A DNA stretch of 64,000 nucleotides, from assembly GCF_009914755.1 (NCBI RefSeq), contig NC_060933.1; one strand, written 5' to 3'. Within the stretch, counting starts at the first letter, position 1, and each line of letters starts with the position of its first letter. Positions 1-14,930 of the stretch are shown here, one piece after another. Source of the stretch: the human T2T-CHM13v2.0 reference genome, Homo sapiens. The notes beneath the pieces are model-generated. The model was given only the letters and a program-made list of their open reading frames with translations. It searched no databases and was not told where the DNA came from. A program made the position numbers and the translations under genes.

Positions 1-125
1 GGAATGGAATGGAATGGAATGGAATGAAATGGAACGGAACGGAACGGAACGGAATGGAATGGAATGGAATGGAATGGAATCAACGCGAGTGCAGGGGAAT
101 GGAATGGAACGGAATGCAATGGAAT

Positions 126-140
126 GGAATCTTCCGGAAT
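126..140 (+). promoter_or_regulatory. Perfect three-unit heat-shock element consensus (nGAAn nTTCn nGAAn), representative + arm copy
   Basis: gGAAt-cTTCc-gGAAt. Other copies at 1565, 3513, 7826, 12530, 14386, 34611 and elsewhere. The motif match is direct; HSF1 binding at these sites is inferred. Confidence 0.55.
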
Positions 141-1729
141 GGAATGGAATGGAATGGAATGGAATGAAATGCAATGGATTCAACTCGATTGCAATAGAAT
201 GGAATGGAATGGAATGGAATGAAATGCAATGGATTCAACTCGATTGCAATGGAATGGAATAGATTGGAATGGAATGGAATGGAATGGAATGGAATGGAAT
301 GGAATGGAATGGAATTAACCCGAATAGAATGGAATGGAATGGAATGGAACGGAATGGAACGAAATGGAATGGAATGGAATGGAATGGAATGGAATGGTAT
401 GGAATGGAATGGAATGGTACGGAATAGAATGGAATGGAACGAATTGTAATGGCATGGAATTGAATGGAATGGAATGGAATGGAATGGAATGGAATCAACG
501 CGAGTGCAGGGGAATGTAATGGAACGGAATGCAATGGAATGGAATCATCCGGAATGGAATGGAATGGAATGGAAAGGAATGGAATCAACCCGAGTGCAAT
601 GGAATGGAGTGGAATGGAATGGAATGGAACAACCCGAATGGAATGGAATGTAATGGAGAGTAAGGGAGTTGAATAGAATCAATCCGAATGTAATGGAATG
701 GAATGCAACGGATTGGAATGGAATGGAATGGGATGGAATGCAATGGAATGGAATCAACCCGAGTACAATGGAATGGAATGGAATGGAATGGAATGGAATG
801 GAATGGAATGGAATGGAATGGAATGCCTTCAAACCGAATGGAATGGAAAGGAATGGAATCAACACGAGTGGAATGGAATGGAATGGAATGGAATGGAATG
901 GAATGGAATGGAATGATACGGAATAGAATGTAATGGAACGAAATGGAATGGAATGGAATGGAATGGAATGGAATGGAATGGAATCGTTCCGAGTGGAATA
1001 GGAGGGAATGTATTCGAGTGGAATGGAAAGGAATGGAATCACCCAGAGTGGAATGGAAGAGAATGGAATGGAATGGAAACTAATAGAATGGAATCAACCC
1101 GAGTGGAATGGAATGGAAAGGACTGGAATGGAATGGAATGGAATGGAATCAACCCGAGTGCAATGGAATGGATTCGAATGGAATGGAATGGAATGGAATG
1201 GATTCAACAAGAATGGAATGGAAAGGAATGGATTCAACCCGAGTGTAATGGCATGGAATGGAACGGAATGGAATGGGATGGAATAGAATGGTACGGAATA
1301 GAATGGAATGGAATGAAATGGAATGGAATGGAATGGAATGGAATGGAATGGAATGGAATGGAATCAACTCGATTGCAATCGAATGGAATGGAATGGAATT
1401 AACCCGAATAGAATGGAATGGAATGGAATGGAATGGAACGGAATGGAATGGAATGGAATGGAATGGAATGGAATTGAACGCAACGGAATGGAATGGAATG
1501 GAATGGAATGGAATGGAATCAACGCGAGTGCAGGGGAATGGAATGGAATGGAATGCAATGGAATGGAATCTTCCGGAATGGAATGGAATGGAATGGAATG
1601 GAATGAAATGCAATGGATTCAACTCGATTGCAATGGAATGGAATAGAATGGAATGGAAAGGAATGGAATGGAATTAATCCGAATAGAATGGAATGGAATG
1701 GAAAGGAACAGAACGGAACGGAAAGGAAT

Positions 1730-3350
1730 GGAATGGAATGGAATGGTATGTAATGGAATGGAATGGTACGGAATAGAATGGAATGGAACGAATTGCAATG
1801 GAAAGGAATTGAATTGAATGGAATGGAATGGAATGGAATGGAATGGAATCAACGCGAGTGCAGGGGAATGTAATGGAACGGAATGCAATGGAATGGAATC
1901 ACCCGGAATGGAATGGAATGGAATGTAATGGAATGGAATCAACCCGAGTGCAATGGAATGGAGTGGAATGGAATGGAATGGAACAACCCGAATGGAATGG
2001 AATGTAATGGAGAGTAAGGGAGTTGAATAGAATCAATCCGAATGTAATGGAATGGAATGCAACGGAATGGAATGGAATGCAATGGAATGGAATGCAATGG
2101 AATGGAATCAACCCGAGTACAATGGAATGGAATGGAATGGAATTGAATGCAATGGAATGGAATAAACTCGAGTACAATGGAATGGAATGGAATGGAATGG
2201 AATGGAATGGAATGGAATGGAATGGAATTGAATGGAATGGAATGCCTTCAAACCGAATGGAATGGAAAGGAATGGAATCACCACGAGTGGAATGGAATGG
2301 AATGGAAAGGAATGGAATGGAATAGAATGGTACGGAATAGAATGGAATGGAACGAACTGGAATGGAATGGAATGGAATGGAATGGAATGGAATGGAATGG
2401 AATCTTTCTGAGTGGAATAGGAGGGAATGTATTCGAGTGGAATGGAAAGGAATGGAATCAACCAGATTGGAATGGAAGGGAATGGAATGGAATGGAAACT
2501 AATAGAATGGAATCAACCCGAGTGGAATGGAATGGAAAGGACTGGAATGGAATTGAATGGAATGGAATTGAATGGAATCAACTACATTGTAATGGAATGG
2601 AATGGAATGGAATGGAATGGAATGGAATTAACCCGAATACAATGGAATGGACTAGAATGGAACGGAATGGAGTGGAATGGAATGGAATCAACCCGAGTGC
2701 AGTGGAATGGAATGGAATGGAATGCAATGGAATGGAATCACCCGGAATGGAATGGAATGGAATGGAATGCAAAGCAATGGAATCAACTCGATTGCAATGG
2801 AATGGAATGGAATGGAAAGGAATAGAACGGAATGGGATTAACCCGAATAGAATGGAATTGAATGGAATGGAACGGAATGGAACGGAACGGAATGGAATGG
2901 AATGGAATGGAATGGAATGGAATGGAATGGTATGTAATGGAATGGAATGGTACGGAATAGAATGGAATGGAACGAATTGCAATGGAAAGGAATTGAATGG
3001 AATGGAATGGAATGGAATGGAATCAACGCGAGTGCAGGGGAATGTAATGGAACGGAATGCAATGGAATGGAATCACCCGGAATGGAATGGAATGGAATGT
3101 AATGGAATGGAATCAACCCGAGTGCAATGGAATGGAGTGGAATGGAATGGAATGGAACAACCCGAATGGAATGGAATGTAATGGAGAGTAAGGGAGTTGA
3201 ATAGAATCAATCCGAATGTAATGGAATGGAATGCAACGGAATGGAATGGAATGGAATGGAATGGAATGCAATGGAATGGAATCAACTCGAGTACAATGGA
3301 ATGGAATGGAATGGAATTGAATGCAATGGAATGGAATCAACTGGAGTACA
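1730..3350 (+). repeat. Local duplication, ~450 bp at offset 1174 (approx. 1730-2180 / 2905-3350)
   Basis: Shared rare variants GGTATGTAAT, GAATTGCAATGGAAAGGAATTG and AATCACCCGG; ORF-track starts 2023 vs 3197. Confidence 0.75.
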
Positions 3351-3599
3351 ATGGAATGGAATGGAATGGAATGGAACGGAATGGAATGGAATGGAATGGA
3401 ATGGAACGGAACGGAACGGAATGGAATGGCATGGAATGGAATGGAATGGAATGGAATCAACGCGAGTGCAGGGGAATGGAATGGAATGGAATGGAAAGGA
3501 ATGCAATGGAATGGAATCTTCCGGAATGGAATGGAATGGAATGGAATGGAATGGAATGCAATGGATTCAACTCGATTGCAATGGAATGGAATAGAATGG

Positions 3600-4960
3600 A
3601 ATGGAATGGAATGGAATGGAATTAACCCTAATAGAATGGAATGGAATGGAATGGAATGGAACGGAATAGAACGGAATGGAAAGGAATGGAATGGAATGGA
3701 ATGGAATGGAATGCTATGGAATGGAATGGAATGGTACGGAATAGAATGGAATGGAACGAATTGGAATGGAATGGAATCGAATGGAATGGAATGGAATGTA
3801 ATGGAATCAACGCGATTGCAGGGGAATGTAATAGAACGGAATGCAATGGAATGGAATCATCCGGAATGGAATGGAATGGAATGGAATGGAATGGAATGCA
3901 ATGGAATGGAATCAACCCGAGTGCAATGGAATGGAGTGGAATGGAATGGAATGGAATGGAATCAACGCGAGTGCAGGGGAATGGAATGGAATGGAATGGA
4001 ATGGAATGGAATGGAATGGAATGGAATGGAATCAACCCGAGTGCAATGGAATGGAGTGGAATGGAATGGAATGGAATGGAACGGAACGGAACGGAACGGA
4101 ATGGAATGGAATGGAATGGAATGGAATGGAATGGAATGGAATTGTATGGAATGGAATGGAATGGTACGGAATAGAATGGAATGGAAAGAATTGGAATGGA
4201 ATGGAATCGAATGGAATGATATGGAATGGAATGGAATGGAACGGAATGGAATGGAATGGAATGCAATGGAATGGAATCAACCCGAGTACAATGGAATGGA
4301 ATGGAATGGAATGGAATGGAATGCAATGTAATGGAATCAACCCGAGTGCAATCGAATGGAATCGAATGGAATGGAATGCAATGGAATGGATTCAACTTGA
4401 ATGGAATGGAAAGAATGGAATCAACACGAGTGGAATCGCATGGAATGGAATGGAATGGAATGGAATCAACCCGAGTACAGGAGAATGGAATGGAAGGGAA
4501 TGCAATGGAATGGAATCATCAGTAATGGAATGGAAAGGAATGGAATGGAATGGAATGGAATGGAATGAACTCGATTGCAATCGAATGGAATGGAATGGAA
4601 TGGAATGGAATGGAATGGAATTAACCCTAATAGAATGGAATGGAATGGAATGGAATGGAACGGAATAGAACGGAATGGAAAGGAATGGAATGGAATGGAA
4701 TGGAATGGAATGCTATGGAATGGAATGGAATGGTACGGAATAGAATGGAATGGAACGAATTGGAATGGAATGGAATCGAATGGAATGGAATGGAATGTAA
4801 TGGAATCAACGCGATTGCAGGGGAATGTAATAGAACGGAATGCAATGGAATGGAATCATCCGGAATGGAATGGAATTGAATGGAATGGAATGGAATGCAA
4901 TGGAATGGAATCAACCCGAGTGCAATGGAATGGAGTGGAATGGAATGGAATGGAATGGAA
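3600..4960 (+). repeat. Local duplication, ~360 bp at offset 999 (approx. 3600-3960 / 4600-4960)
   Basis: Shared rare variants TTAACCCTAATAG, GCTATGG, CAACGCGATTGCAGGGG and GTAATAGAACGG; ORF-track 3641 vs 4640. Confidence 0.85.
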
Positions 4961-5730
4961 GAACCCGAATGGAATGGAATGTAATGGAGAGTAAGGGAGT
5001 TAAAAAGAATCAATCCGAATGTAATGGAATGGAATGGAACGGAATGGAATGGAATGGAATGGAATGGAATGGAATGGAATGGAATCAACCCGAGTGCAAT
5101 CGAATGGAATCGAATGGAATGGAATGCAATGGAATGGATTCAACTTGAATGGTATGGAAAGAATGCAATCAACACGAGTGGAATGGCATGGATTGCAATG
5201 GAATGGAATGGAATAAACCTGATTACAGGGGAATGGAATGGAATGGAAAGCAATGGAATGGCATCATCCGAAATGGAATGGAAAGGAATGGAATGGAATT
5301 GAATGGGATGGAATGGCTTCAAACCGAATGGAATAGAAAGGAATGGAATCAACACGAGTGGAATGGAATGGAATGGAATGGTATGGAATAGAATGGAATG
5401 GAACGAAATGGAATGGAATAGAATGCAATGGAATGGAATGGAATTGTTCCGAGGGAATAGGAGGGAATGTATTCGAGTGGAATGGAAAGGAATGGAATCA
5501 ACCAGAGTGGAATGGAAGGGAATGGAATGGAATGGAAACTAATAGAATGGAATCAACCCGAGTGGAATGGAATGGAAAGGAATGGAATGGAATGGAATGG
5601 AATGGAATGGAATGGAATGGAATCAACTCGATTGTAATGGAATGGAATGGAATGGAATGGAATGGAATGGAATGGAATGGAATTAACCCGAATACAATGG
5701 AATGGAATGCAATGGAACGGAATGGAGTGG

Positions 5731-8700
5731 AATGGAATGGAATCAACCCGAGTGCAGGGGAATGGAATGGAATGGAATGCAATGGAATGGAATCATCCGG
5801 AATGGAATGGAATGGAATGGAATGCAATCAACCTGATGCAATGGAATGGAGTGGAATGGAATGGAATGCAATGGAAACATCCCGAATGGAATGGAATGGA
5901 ATGGAGTGTAAGGGAATTGAATAGAATCAATCCGAATGTAATGGAATGGAATGGAATGAAATGGAATGGAATGGAATGGAATGGAATCAACCCGAGTGCA
6001 ATGGAATGGATTCGAATGGAATGGAATGGAATGGAATGGATTCAACAAGAATGGAATGGAAAGGAATGGAATCAACCCGAGTGTAATGGCATGGAATGGA
6101 ACGGAATGGAATGGGATGGAATGGAATGGTATGGAATATAATGGAATGGAATGAAATGGAATGGAATGGAATGGAATGGAATGGAATGGAATGAACCCGT
6201 GTGCAATGGAATGGAATGGAATGAAATGGAATGGAATGAAATGGAATGGAATGGAATGGAATGGAATGGAATGGAATGGAATGGAATGGAATCAACCCGA
6301 GTGCAATGGAATGGAGAGGAAAGGAATGGAATGGAATGGAAACTACCCGAATGGAATGGAATGTAATTGAGTGTAAGGGAATTGAATAGAATCAATCCGA
6401 ATGTAATGGAATGGAATGGAACGGAATGGAATGGAATGGAATGGAATGGAATGGAATGGAATGGAATACAATGGAATTCACCCGAATAGAATGGAATGGA
6501 ATGGAATGGAAAGGAATGGAAGGGAAGGAAATGGAATGTAATCAACCCGAGTGCAGGGGAATGGAATGGAATGGAATGCAATGGAATGGAATCATCCGGA
6601 ATGGAATGGAATGGAATGGAATGGAATGGAATGGAATGGTATCTACCCGAGTGCAGGGGAATGTAATGGAACGGAATGCAATGGAATGGAATCATCCGGA
6701 ATGGAATGGAATGGAATGGAATGGAATGGAATCAACCCAAGTGCAATGGAATGGAGTGGAATGGAATGGAATGGAATGGAACAACCCGAATGGAATGGAA
6801 TGTAATGGAGAGTAAGGGAGTTGAATAGAATCAATCCGAATGTAATGGAATGGAATGCAACGGAATAGAATGGAATGGAATGCAATGGAATGGAATGGAA
6901 TGGAATGGAATGCAATGGAATGGAATGGAATGGAATGGAATGCAATGCCATGGAATCAACCCGAGTGCAATCGAATGGAATCGAATGGAATGGAATGCAA
7001 TGGAATGGATTCAACTTGAATGGAATGGAAAGAATGGAATCAACACGAGTGGAATGGCATGGATTGGAATGGAATGGAATGGAATCAACCCGAGTACAGG
7101 GGAATGGAATGGAATGGAATGAAATGGAATGGAATCATCCATAATGTAATGGAAAGGAATGGAATGTAATGGAATGGAATGGAATGGAATGGAATGGAAT
7201 GGAATGGAATCAACTCGATTGCAATTGAATGGAATGGAATGGAATTAACCCGAATAGAATGGAATGGAATGGAATGGAATGGAACGGAACGGAATGGAAA
7301 GGAATGGAATGGAATGGAACGGATCGGAATGGAATGGAATGGAATGGAATGGAATGGAATGGAATGGAATGGAATCAACGCGAGTGCAGGGGAATGGAAT
7401 GGAATGGAATGCAATGGAATGGAAACTTCCGGAATGGAACGGAATGGAATGGAATAGAATGGAATGGGATGGAATGGAATGGAATCAACCCGAGTACAGG
7501 GGAATGGAATGGAATGGAATGCAATGGAATCGAATCATCCGTAATGGAATGGAAAGGAATGGAATGGAATGGAATAGAATGGAATGGAATGGATTGGAAT
7601 GGAATGGAATCAACTCGATTGCAATCGAATGGAATGGAATGGAATTAACCCGAATAGAATGGAATGGAATGGAATGGAACGGAAGGGAACGGAATGGAAT
7701 GGAATGGAATGGAATGGAATGGAACGGAAAGGAATGGAATGGAATGGAATGGAATGGAATGGAATGGAATGGAATGGAATCAACGCGAGTGCAGGGGAAT
7801 GGAATGGAATGGAATGCAATGGAATGGAATCTTCCGGAATGGAATGGAATGGAATGGAATGGAATGGAATGGAATGGAAAGGAAAGGAAGGGAATGGAAT
7901 GGAATAGAATGGAATAGAATGGAATCAACGCGAGTGCAGGGGAATGGAATGGAATGGAATGGAATCGAATGGAATGGAATGGAATTAACCGGAATAGAAT
8001 GGAATGGAATGGAATGGAACGGAATGGAATGGAATGGAATGGAATGGAATGGAATGGAATGGAATGGAATGGAATCAACCCGAGTGTAGGGGAATGGAAT
8101 GGAATGGAATGCAATGGAATGGAATCATCCGGAATGGAATGGAATGGAATGGAATGCAATCAACCTGATGCAATGGAATGGAGTGGAATGGAATGGAATG
8201 CAATGGAAACATCCCGAATGGAATGGAATGGAATGGAGTGTAAGGGAATTGAATAGAATCAATCCGAATGTAATGGAATGGAATGGAATGAAATGGAATG
8301 GAATGGAATGGAATGGAATCAACCCGAGTGCAATGGAATGGATTCGAATGGAATGGAATGGAATGGAATGGATTCAACAAGAATGGAATGGAAAGGAATG
8401 GAATCAACCCGAGTGTAATGGCATGGAATGGAACGGAATGGAATGGGATGGAATGGAATGGTATGGAATATAATGGAATGGAATGAAATGGAATGGAATG
8501 GAATGGAATGGAATGGAATGGAATGAACCCGTGTGCAATGGAATGGAATGGAATGAAATGGAATGGAATGAAATGGAATGGAATGGAATGGAATGGAATG
8601 GAATGGAATGGAATGGAATGGAATCAACCCGAGTGCAAAGGAATGGAGAGGAAAGGAATGGAATGGAATGGAAACTACCCGAAGGGAATGGAATGTAATT

Positions 8701-9240
8701 GAGTGTAAGGGAATTGAATAGAATCAATCCGAATGTAATGGAATGGAATGGAACGGAATGGAATGGAATGGAATGGAATGGAATGGAATGGAATGGAATG
8801 GAATACAGTGGAATTCACACGAATAGAATGGAATGGAATGGAATGGAAAGGAATGGAAGGGAAGGAAATGGAATGTAATCAACCCGAGTGCAGGGGAATG
8901 GAATGGAATGGAATGCAATGGAATGGAATCATCCGGAATGGAATGGAATGGAATGGAATGGAATGGAATGGAATGGTATCTACCCGAGTGCAGGGGAATG
9001 TAATGGAACGGAATGCAATGGAATGGAATCATCCGGAATGGAATGGAATGGAATGGAATGGAATGGAATCAACCCAAGTGCAATGGAATGGAGTGGAATG
9101 GAATGGAATGGAATGGAACAACCCGAATGGAATGGAATGTAATGGAGAGTAAGGGAGTTGAATAGAATCAATCCGAATGTAATGGAATGGAATGCAACGG
9201 AATAGAATGGAATGGAATGCAATGGAATGGAATGGAATGG
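5731..9240 (+). repeat. Near-identical ~1.17 kb duplication at offset 2332-2337 (approx. 5731-6905 / 8063-9240)
   Basis: Identical ORF-track translations (5743/8075, 5793/8125, 5966/8298). Shared rare variants GTAATTGAGTGTAAG, GGAAGGAAATGGAATGTAATC, GGTATCTACCCGAG and CAACCCAAGTG. Confidence 0.9.
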
Positions 9241-12200
9241 AATGCAAAGGAATGGAATCAACCCGAGTGGAATGGCATGGAATGGAATGCAATGGATTGG
9301 AATGGAATGGAATCAACTCGAGTGGAAGGGAATGGAATGGAATAGAAAGGAATGGAATGAAGTCAACTCGAGTGGAATGGAATGGAATGGAATGGATTGG
9401 AATGGATTGCAATGGAATGAAATGGAATGGAATGGAATGGAATCAATCATTCCGAGTGGAGTGGAAGGGAATGTAATGGAGTAGAAAGAAGGGAATGGAA
9501 TCAACCTGAATGGAATGCAAGGCAATGGAATGGAATGGAAAGGAATGGACTGGAATCAACTCGATTGCAATGGAATGGAATGGAATGGAATGGAATGGAA
9601 TGGAATTAACCGGAATAGAATGGAATGGAATGGAATGGAATGGAAGGGAATGGAATCAACACGAGTGCAGGGGAATGGAATGGAATGGAATGCAATGGAA
9701 TGGAATCATCCGGAATGGAATGGAATGGAATGGAATCAACTCCATTGCAATGGAATGGAATGGAATGGAATGGAATGGAATGGAATGGAATCGTTCCGAG
9801 TGGAATAGGAGGGAATGTATTCGAGTGGAATGGAAAGGAATGGAATCAACCAGAGTGGAATGGAAGGGAATGGAATGGAATGGAAACTAATAGAATGGAA
9901 TCAACTCGAGTGGAATGGAATGGAAAGGACTGGAATGGAATGGAATGGAATGGAATGGAATGGAATCAACTCGATTGTAATAGAATGGAATGGAATGGAA
10001 TGGAATGGAATGGAATGGAATTAACCCGAATACAATGGAATGGAATGGAATGGAACGGAATGGAGTGGAATGGAATGGAATCAACCCGAGTGCAGGGGAA
10101 TGGAATGGAATGGAATGCAATGGAATGGAATCATCCGGAATGGAATGGAATGGAATGGAATGCAAAGCAATGGAATCAACTCGATTGCAATGGAATGGAA
10201 TGGAATGGAAAGGAATAGAATGGAATCAACCCGAGTGTAATGGAATGGAAAGGACTGGAATGGAGTGGAATGGAATGGAATGGATTGGAATGGAATCAAC
10301 TCGATTGGAATGGAATGGAATGGAATGGAATGGAATGGAATGGAATTAACCCGAATAGAATGGAAAGGAATGGAATGGAACGGAATGGAATGGAATGGAA
10401 TGGAATGGAATGGAATGGAATGGACTGGAATCATCCGGAACGGAATAGAATGGAATGGAATGCAATCAGGTCGACTGCAATGTAATGGAATGGAATGGAA
10501 TGGAATCGAATGGAATGGAATGGAATTAACCGGAATAGAATGGAATGGAATGGAATGGAATGGAACGGAACGGAATGGAATGGAATGGAATGGAATGGAA
10601 TGGAATGGAATGGAATCAACCCGAGTGCAGGGGAATGGAATGGAATGGAATGCAATGGAATGGAATCATCCGGAATGGAATGGAATGGAATGGAATGCAA
10701 TCAACCTGATGAAATGGAATGGAGTGGAATGGAATGGAATGGAAACATCCCGAATGGAATGAAATGTAATGGAGTGTAAGGGAATTGAATAGAATCAATC
10801 TGAATGTAACGGAATGGAATGGAATGAAATAGAATGGAATGGAATGGAATGGAATCAACCCGAGGGCAATGGAATGGATTCGAATGGAATGGAATGGAAT
10901 GGAATGGATTCAACAAGAATGGAATGGAAAGGAATGGAATCAACCCGAGTGTAATGGCATGGAATGGAACGGAATGGAATGGGATGGAATGGAATGGTAC
11001 GGAATAGAATGGAATGGAATGAAATGGAATGGAATGGAATGGAATGGAATGGAATGGAATGGAATGGAATGAAGCCGTGTGCAATGGAATGGAATGGAGT
11101 GGAATGGAATGGATTCAACTCGAATGGAATCCACTCGATTGCAATGGAATGGAATGGAATTGAAAGGAATAGAATGGAATCAACCCGAGTGGAATGGAAT
11201 GGAAAGGACTGGAATGGAGTGGAATGGAATGGAATGGAATTAACCCGAATAGAATGAAATGGAACGGAATGGAATGGAATGTAATGGAATGTAATGGAAT
11301 GGAATCAACCCGAGTGCAGGGGAATGGAATGGAATGGAATGCAATGGAATGGAATCATCCGGAATGGAATGGAATGGAATGGAATGGAATGGAATGGAAT
11401 GGAATTGAATGGAATGGAATCAACTCGATTTCAATGGAATGGAATGGAATAGAATGGAACGGAATTAACACGAATAGAATGGAATGGAATGGAATGGAAT
11501 GGAACAGAAAGGAATGGAATGGAATGGAATGGAATCAACACAAGTGCAGGGGAATGGAGTGGAATGGAATTCAATGGAATGGAATCATCCGGAATGGAAT
11601 GGAATGGAATGGAATGGAATGGAATTGAATGGAATGGAATGGAATCAACCCGAGTGCAATGGAATGGAGAGGAATGGAATGGAATGGAATGGAAACTACA
11701 CGAATGGAATGGAATGTAATGGAGTGTACGGGAATTGAATAGAATGAATCCGAATGGAATGGAATGGAATGGAATGGAAAGGAATGGAATGGAATGGAAT
11801 GGAATGGAATGGAATGGAATGGAATCAACTCGATTGTAATTGAATGGAATGGAATGGAATTAACCCGAATAGAATGGAATGGAATGGAATGGAATGGAAC
11901 GGAACGGAATGGAAAGGAATGGAATGGAATGGAATGGAAACTACCCGAATGGAATGGAATGTAATGGAGTGTAAGGGAATTGAATAGAATCAATCCGAAT
12001 GTAAAGGAATGGAATGGAACGGAATTGAATGGAATGGAATGGAATGGAATGGAATGGAATGGAATGCAATGGAATGGAATCAACCCGAGTGCAATCGAAT
12101 GGAATCGAATGCAATGGAATGGATTCAACTTGAATGGAATGGAATGAATGGAATCAACACGAGTGGAAGGGCACGGATTGGAATGCAATGGAATGGAATC

Positions 12201-14776
12201 AACCCGAGTACAGGGGAATGGAATGGAATGGAATGCAATGGAATGGAATCATCCGTAATGGAATTTAAAGGAATGGAATGGAATGGAATGGAATGGAATG
12301 GAATGGAATGGAATGGAATGGAATCAACACGATTGGAATCGAATGGAATGGAATGGAATTAACCCGAATAGAATGGAATGGAATGGAATGGATCGAAACG
12401 GAATGGAATGGAATGGAATGGAATGGAATGGAACGGAACGGAATGGAATGGAATGGAATGGAATGGAATGGAAAGGAATGGAATCAACGCGAGTGCAGGG
12501 GAATGGAATGTAATGGAATGCAATGGAATGGAATCTTCCGGAATGGAATGGAATGTAATGGAATCAACCCGAGTGCAATGGAATGGAGTGGAATGGAATG
12601 GAATGGAATGGAACAACCCGAATGGAATCGAATGTAATGGAGAGTAAGGGAATTGAATAGAATCAATCCGAATGTAATGGAATGGAATGGAACGGAATGG
12701 AATGGAATGGAATGGAATGGAATGGAATGGAATGCAATGGAATGGAATCAACCCGAGTGCAATCGAATGGAATGGAATGCAATGGAATGCAATGGAATGG
12801 ATTGAACTAGAATGGAATGGAAAGAATGGAATCAACAAGAGTGGAAGGGCATGGATTGGAATGGAATGGAATGGAATCAACCCGAGTACAGGGGAATGGA
12901 GTGGAATGTAATGCAATGGAATGGAATCATCCGTAATGGAATGGAAAGGAATGGAATGGAATGGAATGGAATGGAATGGAATGGAATGGAAAAAATTGGT
13001 TGCAATCGAATGGAATTGAATGGAATTAACCCGAATAGAATGGAATGGAATGGAATGGAACGGAACTGAATGGAATGGAATGGAATGGAATGGAATGGAA
13101 TGGAATGGAAAGGAAAGGAAGGGAATGGAATGGAATAGAGTGGAATAGAATGGAATCAACGCGAGTGCAGGGGAATGGAATGGAATGGAATGGAATCGAA
13201 TGGAATGGAATGGAATTAACCGGAATAGAATGGAATGGAATGGAATGGAACGGAATGGAATGGAATGGAATGGAATGGAATGGAATGGAATGGAATCAAC
13301 CCGAGTGCAGGGGAATGGAATGGAATGGAATGCAATGGAATGGAATCATCCGGAATGGAATGGAATGGAATGGAATGGAATGGAATGGAATGGAATGAAA
13401 TGGAATGGAATGGAATGGAATGGAATCAACCCGAGTGCAATGGAATGGATTCGAATGGAATGGAATGGAATGGAATGGATTCAAAAAGAATGGAATGGAA
13501 AGGAATGGAATCAACCCGAGTGTAATGGCATGGAATGGAACGGAATGGAATGGGATGGAATGGAATGGTATGGAATATAATGGAATGGAATGGAATGGAA
13601 TGGAATGGAATGGAATGGAATGGAATGGAATGAACCCGTGTGCAATGGAATGGAATGGAATGAAATGGAATGGAATGGAATGGAATGGAATGGAATGAAA
13701 TGGAATGCAATGGAATGGAATGCAATGGAATGGAATCAACCCGAGTGAAATGGAATGGAGAGGAATGGAATGGAATGGAATGGAAACTACCCGAATGGAA
13801 TGGAATGTAATGGAGTGTAAGGGAATTGAATAGAATCAATCCGAATGTAATGGAATGGAATGGAACGGAATGGAATGGAATGGAATGGAATGGAATGGAA
13901 TGGAATGGAATGCAATCAACCCGAGTGCAATCGAATGGAATCGAAACGAATGCAATGCAATGGAATGGATTCAACTTGAATGGAATGGAAAGAATGGAAT
14001 CAACACGAGTGGAATGGCATGGATTGGAATGGAATGGAATCGAATCAACCCGAGTACAGGGGAACGGAATGGAATGGAATGCAATGGAATGGAATCATCC
14101 GTAATGGAATGGAAAGGAATGGAATGGAATGGAATGGAATGGAATGGAATGGAATGGAATGGAATCAACTCGATTGAAATCGAATGGAATGGAATGGAAT
14201 TAACCCGAATAGAATGGAATGGAATGGAATGGAACGGAACGGAACGGAATGGAAGGGAATGGAATGGAATGGAATGGAATGGAATGGAACGGAAAGGAAT
14301 GGAATGAAATGGAATGGAGTGGAATGGAATGGAATGGAATCAACGCGAGTGCAGGGGAATGGAATGGAATGGAATGCAATGGAATGGAATCTTCCGGAAT
14401 GGAATGGAATGGAATGGAATGGAATGGAATAAACCCGAGTGCAATGGAATGGAGTGGAATGGAATGGAATGGAATGGAACAACCCGAATGGAATGGAATG
14501 TAACGGAGAGTAAGGGAGTTGAATAGAATCAATCCGAATGTAATGGAATGGAATGGAACGGAATGGAATTGAATGGAATGGGATGGAATGCAATGGAATG
14601 GAATCAACCCGAGTGCAATGGAATGGAGAGGAATGGAATGGAATGGAATGGAAACTACCCGAATGGAATGGAATGTAATGGAGTGTAAGGGAATTGAATA
14701 GAATCAATCCGAATGTAATGGAATGGAATGGAACGGAATGGAATGGAATGGAATGGAATGGAATGCAATGGAATGG

Positions 14777-14930
14777 AATCAACCCGAGTGCAATCGAATG
14801 GAATCGAATGGAATGGAATGCAATGGAATGGATTCAACTTGAATGGAATGGAAAGAATGGAATCAACACGAGTGGAATGGCATGGATTGGAATGGAATGG
14901 AATGGAATCAACCCGAGTACAGGGGAATGG
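14777..14930 (+). repeat. Recurring ~150-bp SatIII module resembling the pHuR98-type (9q12) sequence, representative copy
   Basis: AATCAACCCGAGTGCAATCGAATGGAATCG...GGATTCAACTTG...GGAAAGAATGGAATCAACACGAGTGGAATGGCATGGATTGG...CAACCCGAGTACAGGGG. Recurs near 4340, 6955, 13915, 28665, 29515 and 32420, and inverted near 36440, 48640, 49280 and 58140. The pHuR98 resemblance is from memory, not alignment. Confidence 0.55.

Noticed and set aside
166-250. 55-bp local duplication of GAAATGCAATGGATTCAACTCGATTGCAAT
   Set aside because: Real, but an ordinary slippage product in such an array.
656-695. GGAGAGTAAGGGAGTTG and ATAGGAGGG modules as splice donor, ribosome-binding site or G-quadruplex
   Set aside because: They are in-register diverged pentamers repeated throughout. 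No exon context exists and four clustered GGG runs are lacking.
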